Below are positions 53,639-64,000 of a stretch of 64,000 bases of DNA, in pieces. This DNA is from an uncultured Methanosarcinales archaeon (GTDB lineage: Archaea; Halobacteriota; Methanosarcinia; Methanotrichales; Methanotrichaceae). Made by a program: the position numbers and the translations under genes. Location: the NCBI GenBank assembly GCA_963843555.1, contig CAWJKV010000005.1, forward strand, positions 96,001 through 160,000, in the 5' to 3' direction. A model generated the notes under the pieces. That model saw nothing but the letters and a program-made list of their open reading frames with translations, was not told the DNA's origin and made no database searches. Every line of letters starts with the position of its first letter. Position 1 is the first letter of the stretch.

Positions 53639-55423
53639 ATGATCGAAAGATGGATCATTCTGGCCGCCGAGGAAGCGGGTCCAGCCTCGAACAAGATGGG
53701 CGGCATCTGGAATGTGGTGGACGCAGAGGCCATAATGCTGGCACGGCTTGTGGCAAAGGGAGATATTGAAAGCGGCCTTCGCATACTGGTGCTGGGGCCG
53801 AACTATCCCGCCTCGGGCTCGGACTGGAACACAGGCAAGAACCGGGTAACAGATCTCTCGGGATTCGATAAGCTGGATATGGGGCAGACGCTTGCGGCAA
53901 CACTTGCCACATTGAATCGGCTGGGCATTGAGACCGTCACCGGCCAGAGAACCGAACAGGGCGTTTCCATCGGCTATGTACTCTTCAATACCAACTACTA
54001 TCAGTCTCGCATGGTGCGCTGGATGAATCAGGAGATGACCCAGAACAATGCCATCAAAACGGAGGCTTTTGATCTGTTGGGCCTCGATTCCATGAGCTTT
54101 GAGAAGGAGCAGTATGGATGGGAGTATAATCACTACCTGAACCTCTCCCATGCCATATCCGAGCTGGTGCGAAACCTTGCCCTGGCCTCAGAAGAGAAGA
54201 CGCAGAAGTACAAAGACAAGGCCGTCTCGGAGTTTGCCAAGTCGGTGATGCCCAAAGTGAGAGTCTCTTTGCACTGCCATGAGTTTGGAGTATTTTATGC
54301 CGCAGCCAGGCTGGAGAAGATGGGCATCCCAGTAAAAACGGTCTGCACTCTTCACGCCACAGTTCCCGGTCGGACTGCTGGTTATAAGTCACTGGAAAAG
54401 ATCTCCCAAAACGACTCCGCAATGGAGCCCGGCACACCCCTGGGCTTTGCCACCCTGGAGGGATTGGCCCGCTATGCCGATGCCGTCACATTCGTAGGCG
54501 ACTCGACTATGAAAGAGGCCATGCTCTTCCACCATTTGAAGGGCATTGTCATCAGAAATGGGATCGATGTCGAAGCCGAGAAGATCGACTGGGACAAGAA
54601 AGAGCGTTGCCGGGCCAAAATTCAGGATTTCCTCTCCGAGAAAATCTATAAGCAGTGCGATGGCAATTGCGTGAGTGGGGAAAATATAGTTCCTATTTTC
54701 ACCATATCTCGCATAGAGATCGAGAATAAGGGATATCCCCAGCTTCTTGATGCCCTGGTCTTTCAGGATCACCTGCTCAAAAACAGATTAACCGGTCAGC
54801 GTCGTGCCGAGGACACCAAGGTGGTATGCTTCCTGATTGCGTCTCACGGACCTAAAGCTAAAGAGAAGCTTCCAGAGGGATTTCCCGTCAATCTGCCGGC
54901 AGAGGTTCTGGTGGGCGATGAGATCCGTCTGCAGAACATGATAAAGAATCGCGGTCTGGAAGCGAGGGAGCTGGTGTCAGGCAAGAGGATGGTCGTGGCG
55001 GTGCTTTATCCTCAGTGGTTGGGGCCGGATGATGGAGGCCTGGGCATGGGAGTCGATGAGATCATGGCCGGATGCGTTGCCGGGATATTCCCATCACAAT
55101 ATGAGCCCTTTCTTCTCACGGCACTGGAAGCAGGAAAGGAGGGCACACCCAATATCGTCAGCCGGGCGGCTGGCTACAGCGATGCCCTGAAGAAAGTCGA
55201 ACGCCGCGTGCCCGGCATGGGGGGCGTTGTGATTGTAGACAACATTGAGGCCCAACCTCAGGAGACTGTTCTGGACTATGCCCTGGCACTGGACTACTTC
55301 ACCTGGACCTATCTCGAGGATGAGGTCAAATACCGGCTGCTCTGCGAGGAGTCCTTCTCCCTGGCCAGGCAGTTCAGCTGGAAGGAGCCGGTTCTGGAAT
55401 ATTATAAAAATCTTGTAGTTTGA
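53639..55423 (+). CDS. Glycogen synthase, GT3-like
   Basis: NKMGGIWNV, HCHEF, TLHAT, RIEIENKG, GIFPSQYEPF. Confidence 0.8.
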   Translation: MIERWIILAAEEAGPASNKMGGIWNVVDAEAIMLARLVAKGDIESGLRILVLGPNYPASGSDWNTGKNRVTDLSGFDKLDMGQTLAATLATLNRLGIETVTGQRTEQGVSIGYVLFNTNYYQSRMVRWMNQEMTQNNAIKTEAFDLLGLDSMSFEKEQYGWEYNHYLNLSHAISELVRNLALASEEKTQKYKDKAVSEFAKSVMPKVRVSLHCHEFGVFYAAARLEKMGIPVKTVCTLHATVPGRTAGYKSLEKISQNDSAMEPGTPLGFATLEGLARYADAVTFVGDSTMKEAMLFHHLKGIVIRNGIDVEAEKIDWDKKERCRAKIQDFLSEKIYKQCDGNCVSGENIVPIFTISRIEIENKGYPQLLDALVFQDHLLKNRLTGQRRAEDTKVVCFLIASHGPKAKEKLPEGFPVNLPAEVLVGDEIRLQNMIKNRGLEARELVSGKRMVVAVLYPQWLGPDDGGLGMGVDEIMAGCVAGIFPSQYEPFLLTALEAGKEGTPNIVSRAAGYSDALKKVERRVPGMGGVVIVDNIEAQPQETVLDYALALDYFTWTYLEDEVKYRLLCEESFSLARQFSWKEPVLEYYKNLVV

Positions 55424-55448
55424 ATCCAATTTCAGGAGCGACTTGCCG

Positions 55449-56657
55449 ATGCGAATCGCGTATTTGAGCACCGAGTACCCACCGCTAATCTATGGCGGCC
55501 TGGGTGTCTATGTGGATAATATATCCCGCAATCTATCAAGCCTTGGCCAGAAGATCTCTGTCTTCTCCTGGGGGCTTGAGAGCCTTCCCAGGCATGAGAA
55601 TTTAGGAGGTGTGGAGGTATTCAGGGAGCCGCCGCTGCCCATGCAGGACGGCATGGAGGTCTTTCTTTCGCCCGAGACTCTGGCCTGGGGAGAGGGCCTC
55701 AAGTATCTGCTTGAGCTCCTCAGCTATAACCAGATGTCTCTGGGCGATATCTTCCGGGAAGGGCCTTTTCAGCTGGTCGTCGCCCATGACTGGCTCGGTC
55801 TGCCCGGGGGGATGGCCGCCAAGAGAAAAGGCATTCCCTTGATCTATCATGTGCACGGCCTGGAAAGCGGACGCTCAGAGAGGCCCAATCCCCAGCTGGT
55901 AGCCCTGGAGCGCAGAGGCGCTGCTGTTGCGGACCTGGTCATTACCGTATCTCTGGCCATGAAAAGAGAGCTGGCCTCGCTGGGAGTTCCGGCGGAAAAA
56001 GTCAGGGTATGCTACCACGGCGTAGATACCGAGTTCTTCGATCCAAACCGTGTCGATCCCAATGCACTGGAAGCTCTGCGAGAGAAGTACGGCTATGCAA
56101 AGGATGATATCATCGTCCTCTTCCTGGGCCGGCTGGAGCCGGTCAAAGGCGTCATAGAGCTATTTTCTGCTATGCCTCAAGTCCTGGCAGAGCACGAGCG
56201 GGTGAAGCTGCTGGTAGTGGGCAAGGGCAGCCTGGAGGAATGGGCCAGGGGAGAGTCGCAACGACAGAGCAACATATCGCTGGTAACAGACTTTCTCAAT
56301 GACGGGGAGAAGAGGCTCTACTACGCTCTGGCGGATTTGTGCGTTTTTCCCAGCCTCTACGAACCCTTTGGCATTGTAGCTCTGGAGGCGGCAGCCATGG
56401 GCAAGCCCTCCGTGGTAGGCGCCGCCGGAACCAGCGGCCTGGGGGAGATTGTACTGAACCCTGCCGCAGAAAAACCCACCGGTGTTCATGTTAACGCTCG
56501 CGATCCAGAGGATCTGGCCTGGGGCATCAACCTGGCTCTGAAAGATCTGATGAGGCTACGGATTTGGGGGAAGAATGCCCGAGAGCGAGCGAGTTCGGAG
56601 TTCAGCTGGCAGAAAGCGGCCGTGAGGACCCTGGAGATTTATGAAGAAGTGGTTTGA
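55449..56657 (+). CDS. GT4 glycosyltransferase
   Basis: EYPP..YGGLG, AHDWL, PSLYEPFGIVALEA. Confidence 0.9.
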   Translation: MRIAYLSTEYPPLIYGGLGVYVDNISRNLSSLGQKISVFSWGLESLPRHENLGGVEVFREPPLPMQDGMEVFLSPETLAWGEGLKYLLELLSYNQMSLGDIFREGPFQLVVAHDWLGLPGGMAAKRKGIPLIYHVHGLESGRSERPNPQLVALERRGAAVADLVITVSLAMKRELASLGVPAEKVRVCYHGVDTEFFDPNRVDPNALEALREKYGYAKDDIIVLFLGRLEPVKGVIELFSAMPQVLAEHERVKLLVVGKGSLEEWARGESQRQSNISLVTDFLNDGEKRLYYALADLCVFPSLYEPFGIVALEAAAMGKPSVVGAAGTSGLGEIVLNPAAEKPTGVHVNARDPEDLAWGINLALKDLMRLRIWGKNARERASSEFSWQKAAVRTLEIYEEVV

Positions 56658-56678
56658 GTCTTATGAGGAGACGACGGA

Positions 56679-57671
56679 ATGCCGGAGCTGAGACGCCACT
56701 ATTTCCTGGAAGAGTACTGCATCATCGCTAGCGAACGCAGTAAGAGGCCGTCCGACTTCCTGGTGGCAAAAGCCGTCCCGGGAGACGAAAAAACGTGTCC
56801 CTTCTGTCCGGGAAACGAGGACATGACTCCGCCAAATGTTGCAGTCTACACGGATAGAGGGGTTCTTTCTCTGGGTCCAAAAAGAGTCCCGGGCTGGCAG
56901 TTGAGAGTCTTTCCTAATGTATTCGCTGCCATGGTCCCAGGCCCCGCGCCTGCAACTGCCGAATGGATAGCTCTGCCGGGACATGGCTACCATGAGGTGA
57001 TTGTGGACTCACCTCTGCATAGGGAAAACCCGGCGGACTTCAGTCAGGAACACATGGAGCGGCTTCTCCTGGTTTATAGGGATCGCTATGTCCACTACAG
57101 CCACCTTGACGAGGTGAAATACATATCCATCTTCAAAAATTGGGGCAAGGAGGCAGGTGCATCTTTATCCCACAGCCACTCTCAGCTCATCACCCTTCCC
57201 ATACTGCCACCCCTGATGAAAAGGGAGCAGGACGCCATCTCCCAGGCATCTTTCTGCCCGTTCTGCAATATCGTGGAAAGGGAGAGAACATCGTGCCGCC
57301 TCATCGCCGAGGACGACCATTGGGAACTGATTGCTCCCTTCTATTCTCCTGCACCTTATGAGACCTGGATTCTCCCTAAGAGGCATCTTTGTAACCTTTC
57401 GGAGATGACGGCGCTGGAATGCAAGAATCTGGCCGCTCTGTTGAAAAGGATAATGGGAAGCTTGCGGTCCCTCTTAGACGATCCGCCATACAATCTCATG
57501 ATCTTCCAGCAATCTTCTGATTATCACCTCAACGTCAGAATTCAGCCTGCTGTGGCTAAGATTGCAGGATTTGAGAGAAGCACAGGCATATACATCAACC
57601 CCGTTCCGCCCGAGCGAGCGGCTGCAGAGCTTTCGGCGGAGATACACGCCGCCGAAAAGTTAATCAATTAA
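56679..57671 (+). CDS. galT: Galactose-1-phosphate uridylyltransferase family protein
   Basis: CPFCPGNE, FKNWG..AGASLSHSHSQ, CPFC. Confidence 0.85.
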   Translation: MPELRRHYFLEEYCIIASERSKRPSDFLVAKAVPGDEKTCPFCPGNEDMTPPNVAVYTDRGVLSLGPKRVPGWQLRVFPNVFAAMVPGPAPATAEWIALPGHGYHEVIVDSPLHRENPADFSQEHMERLLLVYRDRYVHYSHLDEVKYISIFKNWGKEAGASLSHSHSQLITLPILPPLMKREQDAISQASFCPFCNIVERERTSCRLIAEDDHWELIAPFYSPAPYETWILPKRHLCNLSEMTALECKNLAALLKRIMGSLRSLLDDPPYNLMIFQQSSDYHLNVRIQPAVAKIAGFERSTGIYINPVPPERAAAELSAEIHAAEKLIN

Positions 57672-57773
57672 CAATCCTCATAGTATCACAATTTGATATT
57701 TCGAGCTTCGTGACTTTCATAAAACGTGGAGTAAGATGTACAGAAAAAGCGCTAAAATAGATACGGTGAAGAG

Positions 57774-58937
57774 ATGAGAATTGCAATGCTCTCCTGGGAG
57801 AGCTTATACTCAATAAAAGTAGGTGGCGTTGCCCCCCACGTCTCAGAGATCTCCGAAGCTCTGGCCAGGAGAGGCCATGAAGTTCATGTTTTTACTCGCC
57901 GAGGCGATTATGAGACCTATGATAAGATCAATGGTGTACACTACCAGAGAGCGGATGTAGATAGCTCTGGAAACATCCTGGATCAGATGGATCGAATGTG
58001 TGATGCTCTCTATGATCGTTTCTGTGCGGTGCAAGAGCTCTTCGGCAACTTCGATATCGTGCATGGTCACGATTGGCATCCTGTGCTGGCTTTGGTCCGC
58101 ATAAAGAATGACTTTGGACTGCCCTTTCTCATAACTATGCACAGCACAGAATGGGGGAGGAATGGAAACAACTTTGGATACGGCATATCCCAGGAGATCT
58201 CCCGCCGAGAGTGGCTGGGCTGCTATGAGGCCTCTAAGGTGATTGTGACAACGATACGCATGCAGGATGAGTTGATGTGGATCTACAATCTGCCTCAAGA
58301 CAAGATCTCGATCATACCCAACGGCATCGTGCTGGGGAAGATGAAGCGGGAATTGGATGCAGGCCGGGTCAAGGAGAAGTACGGCATTCACCCCCTGGCG
58401 CCCATGGTACTCTTCTGCGGCAGGATGAGCATCCAGAAAGGGCCCGACCTCCTGGTGGAAGCAGTCCCTCATATCTTGTGGAACAGATCCGGTGTCTGTT
58501 TTGTCTTCATTGGAGAGGGAGACATAAAGGCGGAGTGCGAGCGCAGAGCTCGCGAGCTGGGCGTGGGGAATTCCTGCCGGTTCCTTGGCTATACTTCCAG
58601 CGCCGAGAAACAGGAGCTCATGAACGCATGCGACCTCATGTGCGTTCCCAGCCGCAACGAACCTTTCGGGGTAGTCGTCCTGGAGGCCTGGGATGCCTGC
58701 AAACCCGTGGTAGGGACGGAAGCTGTGAGCATCATCAAGAACTTCGAAGATGGACTGCTGGCCTATGTGCAAGCGGAGTCCATCGCCTGGTGCATTAACC
58801 GGCTGATTTCCAACCCCGAAGAGATGAAGAAGCTGGCCCGGGCCGGATACAACAGGATCAATAGCGAATTCAGCTGGGATCGAATCGCCAAGAATACGGA
58901 AGACGCCATGGAGCAGGCCATCGATCAGAGCCGCTAG
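57774..58937 (+). CDS. GT4 glycosyltransferase
   Basis: KVGGVAPHV, HGHDWH, PSRNEPFGVVVLEA. Confidence 0.9.
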   Translation: MRIAMLSWESLYSIKVGGVAPHVSEISEALARRGHEVHVFTRRGDYETYDKINGVHYQRADVDSSGNILDQMDRMCDALYDRFCAVQELFGNFDIVHGHDWHPVLALVRIKNDFGLPFLITMHSTEWGRNGNNFGYGISQEISRREWLGCYEASKVIVTTIRMQDELMWIYNLPQDKISIIPNGIVLGKMKRELDAGRVKEKYGIHPLAPMVLFCGRMSIQKGPDLLVEAVPHILWNRSGVCFVFIGEGDIKAECERRARELGVGNSCRFLGYTSSAEKQELMNACDLMCVPSRNEPFGVVVLEAWDACKPVVGTEAVSIIKNFEDGLLAYVQAESIAWCINRLISNPEEMKKLARAGYNRINSEFSWDRIAKNTEDAMEQAIDQSR

Positions 58938-59040
58938 TACCATTTTTCTCCATTTTTTATGTCCAGCATCAAAGTATTGGTGCATCATTTTGGGTTCTAA
59001 CCGAAAGGTTCATGAAGGGCTAACACAAGGGGCTCTTGGC

Positions 59041-59114
59041 GCCTCGATAGCTTAGCCCGGTATAGCGCGTCCTTGGTAAGGACGAGGTCGCGGGTTCGAA
59101 TCCCGTCCGAGGCT
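59041..59114 (+). tRNA. tRNA-Thr(GGT)
   Basis: GCCTCG/CGAGGC acceptor stem, CGTCC-TTGGTAA-GGACG anticodon arm. Confidence 0.93.
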
Positions 59115-59191
59115 TAATTAAATAATGTCTTCATTTTTAGTGACTTATTTCTCTTCATAGCTCTCCGGCCGTGAGACGTGAATCGTCTCTA

Positions 59192-60669
59192 TCATCTCCC
59201 TTTCGAGAGTGCGGCATTTACTGCCTTCAAGAGGCTCCGACGCAGTCTTTCGCCTGTGATCGATTGCATCCTGGCCATCTTCTCAGCCAGTGCCTCGTCT
59301 CCCAGGCTCGTCCTGGCCCAGGCGGCGAAATCACCTTCACTATTATGATACTCCAGGGAGGCCAACTGAACAGTTCCTAGAATCTCTTTCATCCCTCTCA
59401 GTGTCCAGGCGACTTCTCCCGTGAACTCATCGATTCCTGTGGCAAACAGGAAGGGTGAATCTGCCATATGGGTCTTATTCTTGAGCCGGTAATGCAGATC
59501 ACATAAAACGCTGAAGTAGGTAACCGAGGCTTCATAGGGATTACCGTACGGGCTGAAGTAGCTGTGCACCTCGCCAGGCCCACCACCATGAGTGAAGATG
59601 TAATAGAGATGATCGGAGAGGCCAAGGATCCTCCAGATCTCCAGTAGATCGGAATCGCAACTTTCCTTGACAGGTGCCTCCAGCCTCTTCTGGTATATGA
59701 AACAGGCCTGCTGCAGGGCATTTCCCAGCCAGCAGCTCGTATCCCTCTCCAGGTCCGCCCAGGAGACATATTCCGGTCACGGAAAGCTCTCTTCTGGGAG
59801 TTATATTCCTGGCAATCTCGGCAGGAGTTGCAAATTCTAGATTATCATATCGGATCACCTGTTCTGGCAGATAGCGGAGAAACTCAAAGATGCCCGTCTC
59901 CGTCCACTGGTGCTCGCCAAAGGTCTCGTAGTCGCAGAAGAGGTTTATGCACCTGCCCGGGGTCGCCGCCAGCCAGCGGGCATACTTGTCAGCAGTGAGA
60001 GGGTATTCTTCCCAATGTGAGAGGAGAAGCGAAAGCCAATATCGTCCGTGAGCTGATAGTTTCGCAGCAGCAGGGAAATGGAGGTTCCTTTGGGCCGGTA
60101 GACGATAGTTCGGATTCTCGACCACCCCCTCAGCGAATATGGCCTTGTATCCCATGGATTCTGACCATTAACGCTATCTCGTCGCTATAAATCAGCTCGG
60201 TATTCTCGAAGGTCGTCGGCTTCACGGCAAAGATATCCCAGATCAGCTCCTGGTGCATCTTAACCTGTTCGTAGAACTCCTGGGCATCCTCGTAGAGGCT
60301 GGCCAGAGAGTGATAGTAGGTCTGCTCCATCACCTCCACCTGCCCCGTCTCCACCAGCTCGACGAATGAGTCCAAAACCTCCGGGCGGTATCTTCGGCAC
60401 TGCTCCAGGAAGATGCCGGAAAAGCTGTATGCGACCTTGAAAGGCTTATCCGATCCCTCATGCTTTTGAATGCCTTCCAGGATCACCTTGTTGGCAGGCA
60501 GATAGCATTTATCGGATACGCGTTCGAAGATCCTTTTGTTCTCGGAATCGTCGAAATAAAACTCCCTCCAATCGGGCACGACCTCTCTATGCAGAGAACT
60601 ATCCCAGAAGAAATTTTTATTCAGCCGGAGGGGCTGGTGTACCTCGAAGCAGAGGGAAATAAGGGTCAT
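59192..60669 (-). CDS. GH57 alpha-amylase with DUF5752-like C-terminal domain (several frameshifts)
   Basis: FEVHQP, TYYHSL, NTELIY, DYETFGEH, YFSPY, GDFAAW over four ORFs. Confidence 0.88.
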
Positions 60670-60999
60670 GTCTTACTATCCGGCTGCAAATTATTTACAT
60701 CCTTCGCATTTGTTCCCTTCAGAGGCACCCTTATGTCTGCATGACACACCCTTTTAAGTGCATACTTCTGAGTAAAGGGCTGTATATCCTGGGCGAAAGA
60801 GGCATATCTTTGATCAAAAGGCTGCATAACTTCAGGTCAGAGGCAGCACAATCCCGAATTCTTTTACTTTTTGCCCGGACTCAAATATATATTTTTATTT
60901 ATTATTCAATTTACTCTTCGTCATTGGAGCAAAAAGTATATATATCCTACTATGAACCAAATGGTTGGCTTCAGTGGGGGAATTTGAATAGTAATAGGA

Positions 61000-61266
61000 T
61001 TGACAATGATCAAGGTTAGGTCCGGCCAGGAAAGGTCTGTCTATGCCGATCTGCAGAAAAGGCCGGAAGTGAGGGACGTCTATCGTCTCTTTGGTGAATA
61101 TAACTTCTTCCTGGTTATGCAGGCGGATGGCAAGAATGGGTTAGGTCAAATGCTGAGCCAGATCAAAGAAGAGCAGAACGTTATCAAGACGGGGCCCCTT
61201 CTTTTCACCACCGATAGCGATTTAGACAAAATCACCGAGAACGATTTAGACTTGGCCTTGGGCTGA
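61000..61266 (+). CDS. Stand-alone Lrp/AsnC ligand-binding domain protein
   Basis: PEVRDVYRLFGEYNF. Confidence 0.75.
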   Translation: MTMIKVRSGQERSVYADLQKRPEVRDVYRLFGEYNFFLVMQADGKNGLGQMLSQIKEEQNVIKTGPLLFTTDSDLDKITENDLDLALG

Positions 61267-61701
61267 ATTCTCAGCATCTTTGGCACTTTCCAGGCAAGAA
61301 GGTTCGACCAGAGGAGCGAACTTTGTGCCGTAGTAGATGATGCCCCGATCGCCCTCTTTTCCCAGGATACGAAATACAGGCTGAACGCGCATACCTATCT
61401 TCACGTCGGCTGAACTGGAGACGATCTGACCTGTGATCTTGGGCCCCTCATCCAGCTGGATGATGGCGAGATTGTAAGGTGTCAGCCTCTCGAACTCGTC
61501 GGTGGCATTATAGATTGTGGTATAGGTGACGATGGTGCCCGTCCCCTTGAAGGTATACTCCTCCAGATGCGCTCCGCGGCGGCAGTTGGGGCAAAGATTG
61601 CGAGGCGGAAAGAAGTATTCGTTGCAGCGATTGCAGTGCGTTCCCAGGAGGTTGTACCTCTGAGGTATGCTTCTCCAGAATCTAGGCGCTTGCGTTGTCA
61701 T
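61246..61701 (-). CDS. DUF35 Zn-ribbon/OB-fold scaffold protein
   Basis: CNRC..FFPPR..CPNC, YGTKF; follows the thiolase. Confidence 0.9.
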   Translation of the reverse strand: MTTQAPRFWRSIPQRYNLLGTHCNRCNEYFFPPRNLCPNCRRGAHLEEYTFKGTGTIVTYTTIYNATDEFERLTPYNLAIIQLDEGPKITGQIVSSSADVKIGMRVQPVFRILGKEGDRGIIYYGTKFAPLVEPSCLESAKDAENSAQGQV

Positions 61702-61703
61702 CT

Positions 61704-63902
<2,199 letters not shown>

Positions 63903-63908
63903 GAGACT

Positions 63909-64000
63909 TCACCCTTTGCTCAAAGCACTGGTGATTTCATCAACAGAAAAGTGTGTCGTCAAAAGAGGAATATTTTCGACCTCTGCGATCCTTTTCGCTA
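63909..64000 (-). CDS. 3' end of a gene, possibly a transcriptional regulator
   Basis: Manual translation AKRIAEVENIPLLTTHFSVDEITSALSKG*. Confidence 0.45.
   Translation of the reverse strand, partial: AKRIAEVENIPLLTTHFSVDEITSALSKG

Noticed and set aside
57843..58988. Long antisense ORFs (e.g. 381 aa here; also 1711..2499, 18015..18803, 40039..40821)
   Set aside because: Shadow frames of well-supported genes on the opposite strand, with no recognisable motifs.

Overview
Archaeal chromosomal window. Gene content points to a Methanosarcinales-type methanogen, most likely Methanothrix/Methanotrichaceae (inference): tandem-domain S-layer protein with a PGF-CTERM tail, beta-propeller surface protein, HMG-CoA synthase/thiolase/DUF35 cluster, archaeal CCA enzyme, Trm5, Tsr3, rps6e and an NrpR-like regulator. 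Most of it is housekeeping (valS, ribBA, ilvD, pdxS/T, pgk, four tRNAs, a glycogen cluster). Many genes, including essential ones, are broken by single-base frameshifts, probably assembly indels. The most interesting parts are: (1) a cluster at 19.7-25.4 kb of five secreted, Cys-containing proteins sharing one unannotated beta-rich domain, with a sixth copy at the end of a large Ig-repeat protein at 35.5-38.9 kb, a candidate sheath or filament system; (2) conserved, covarying structured 5' leaders on the near-identical subunit genes; (3) a ~500-nt highly base-paired non-coding element at 27.6-28.1 kb; (4) two copies of a hairpin carrying anti-Shine-Dalgarno motifs, candidate sRNAs; (5) a split, membrane-anchored Cas4-like nuclease next to an exported thermonuclease; (6) a KaiC-like ATPase heading a glycogen operon. 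All calls were made by eye; no searches or folding programs were run.
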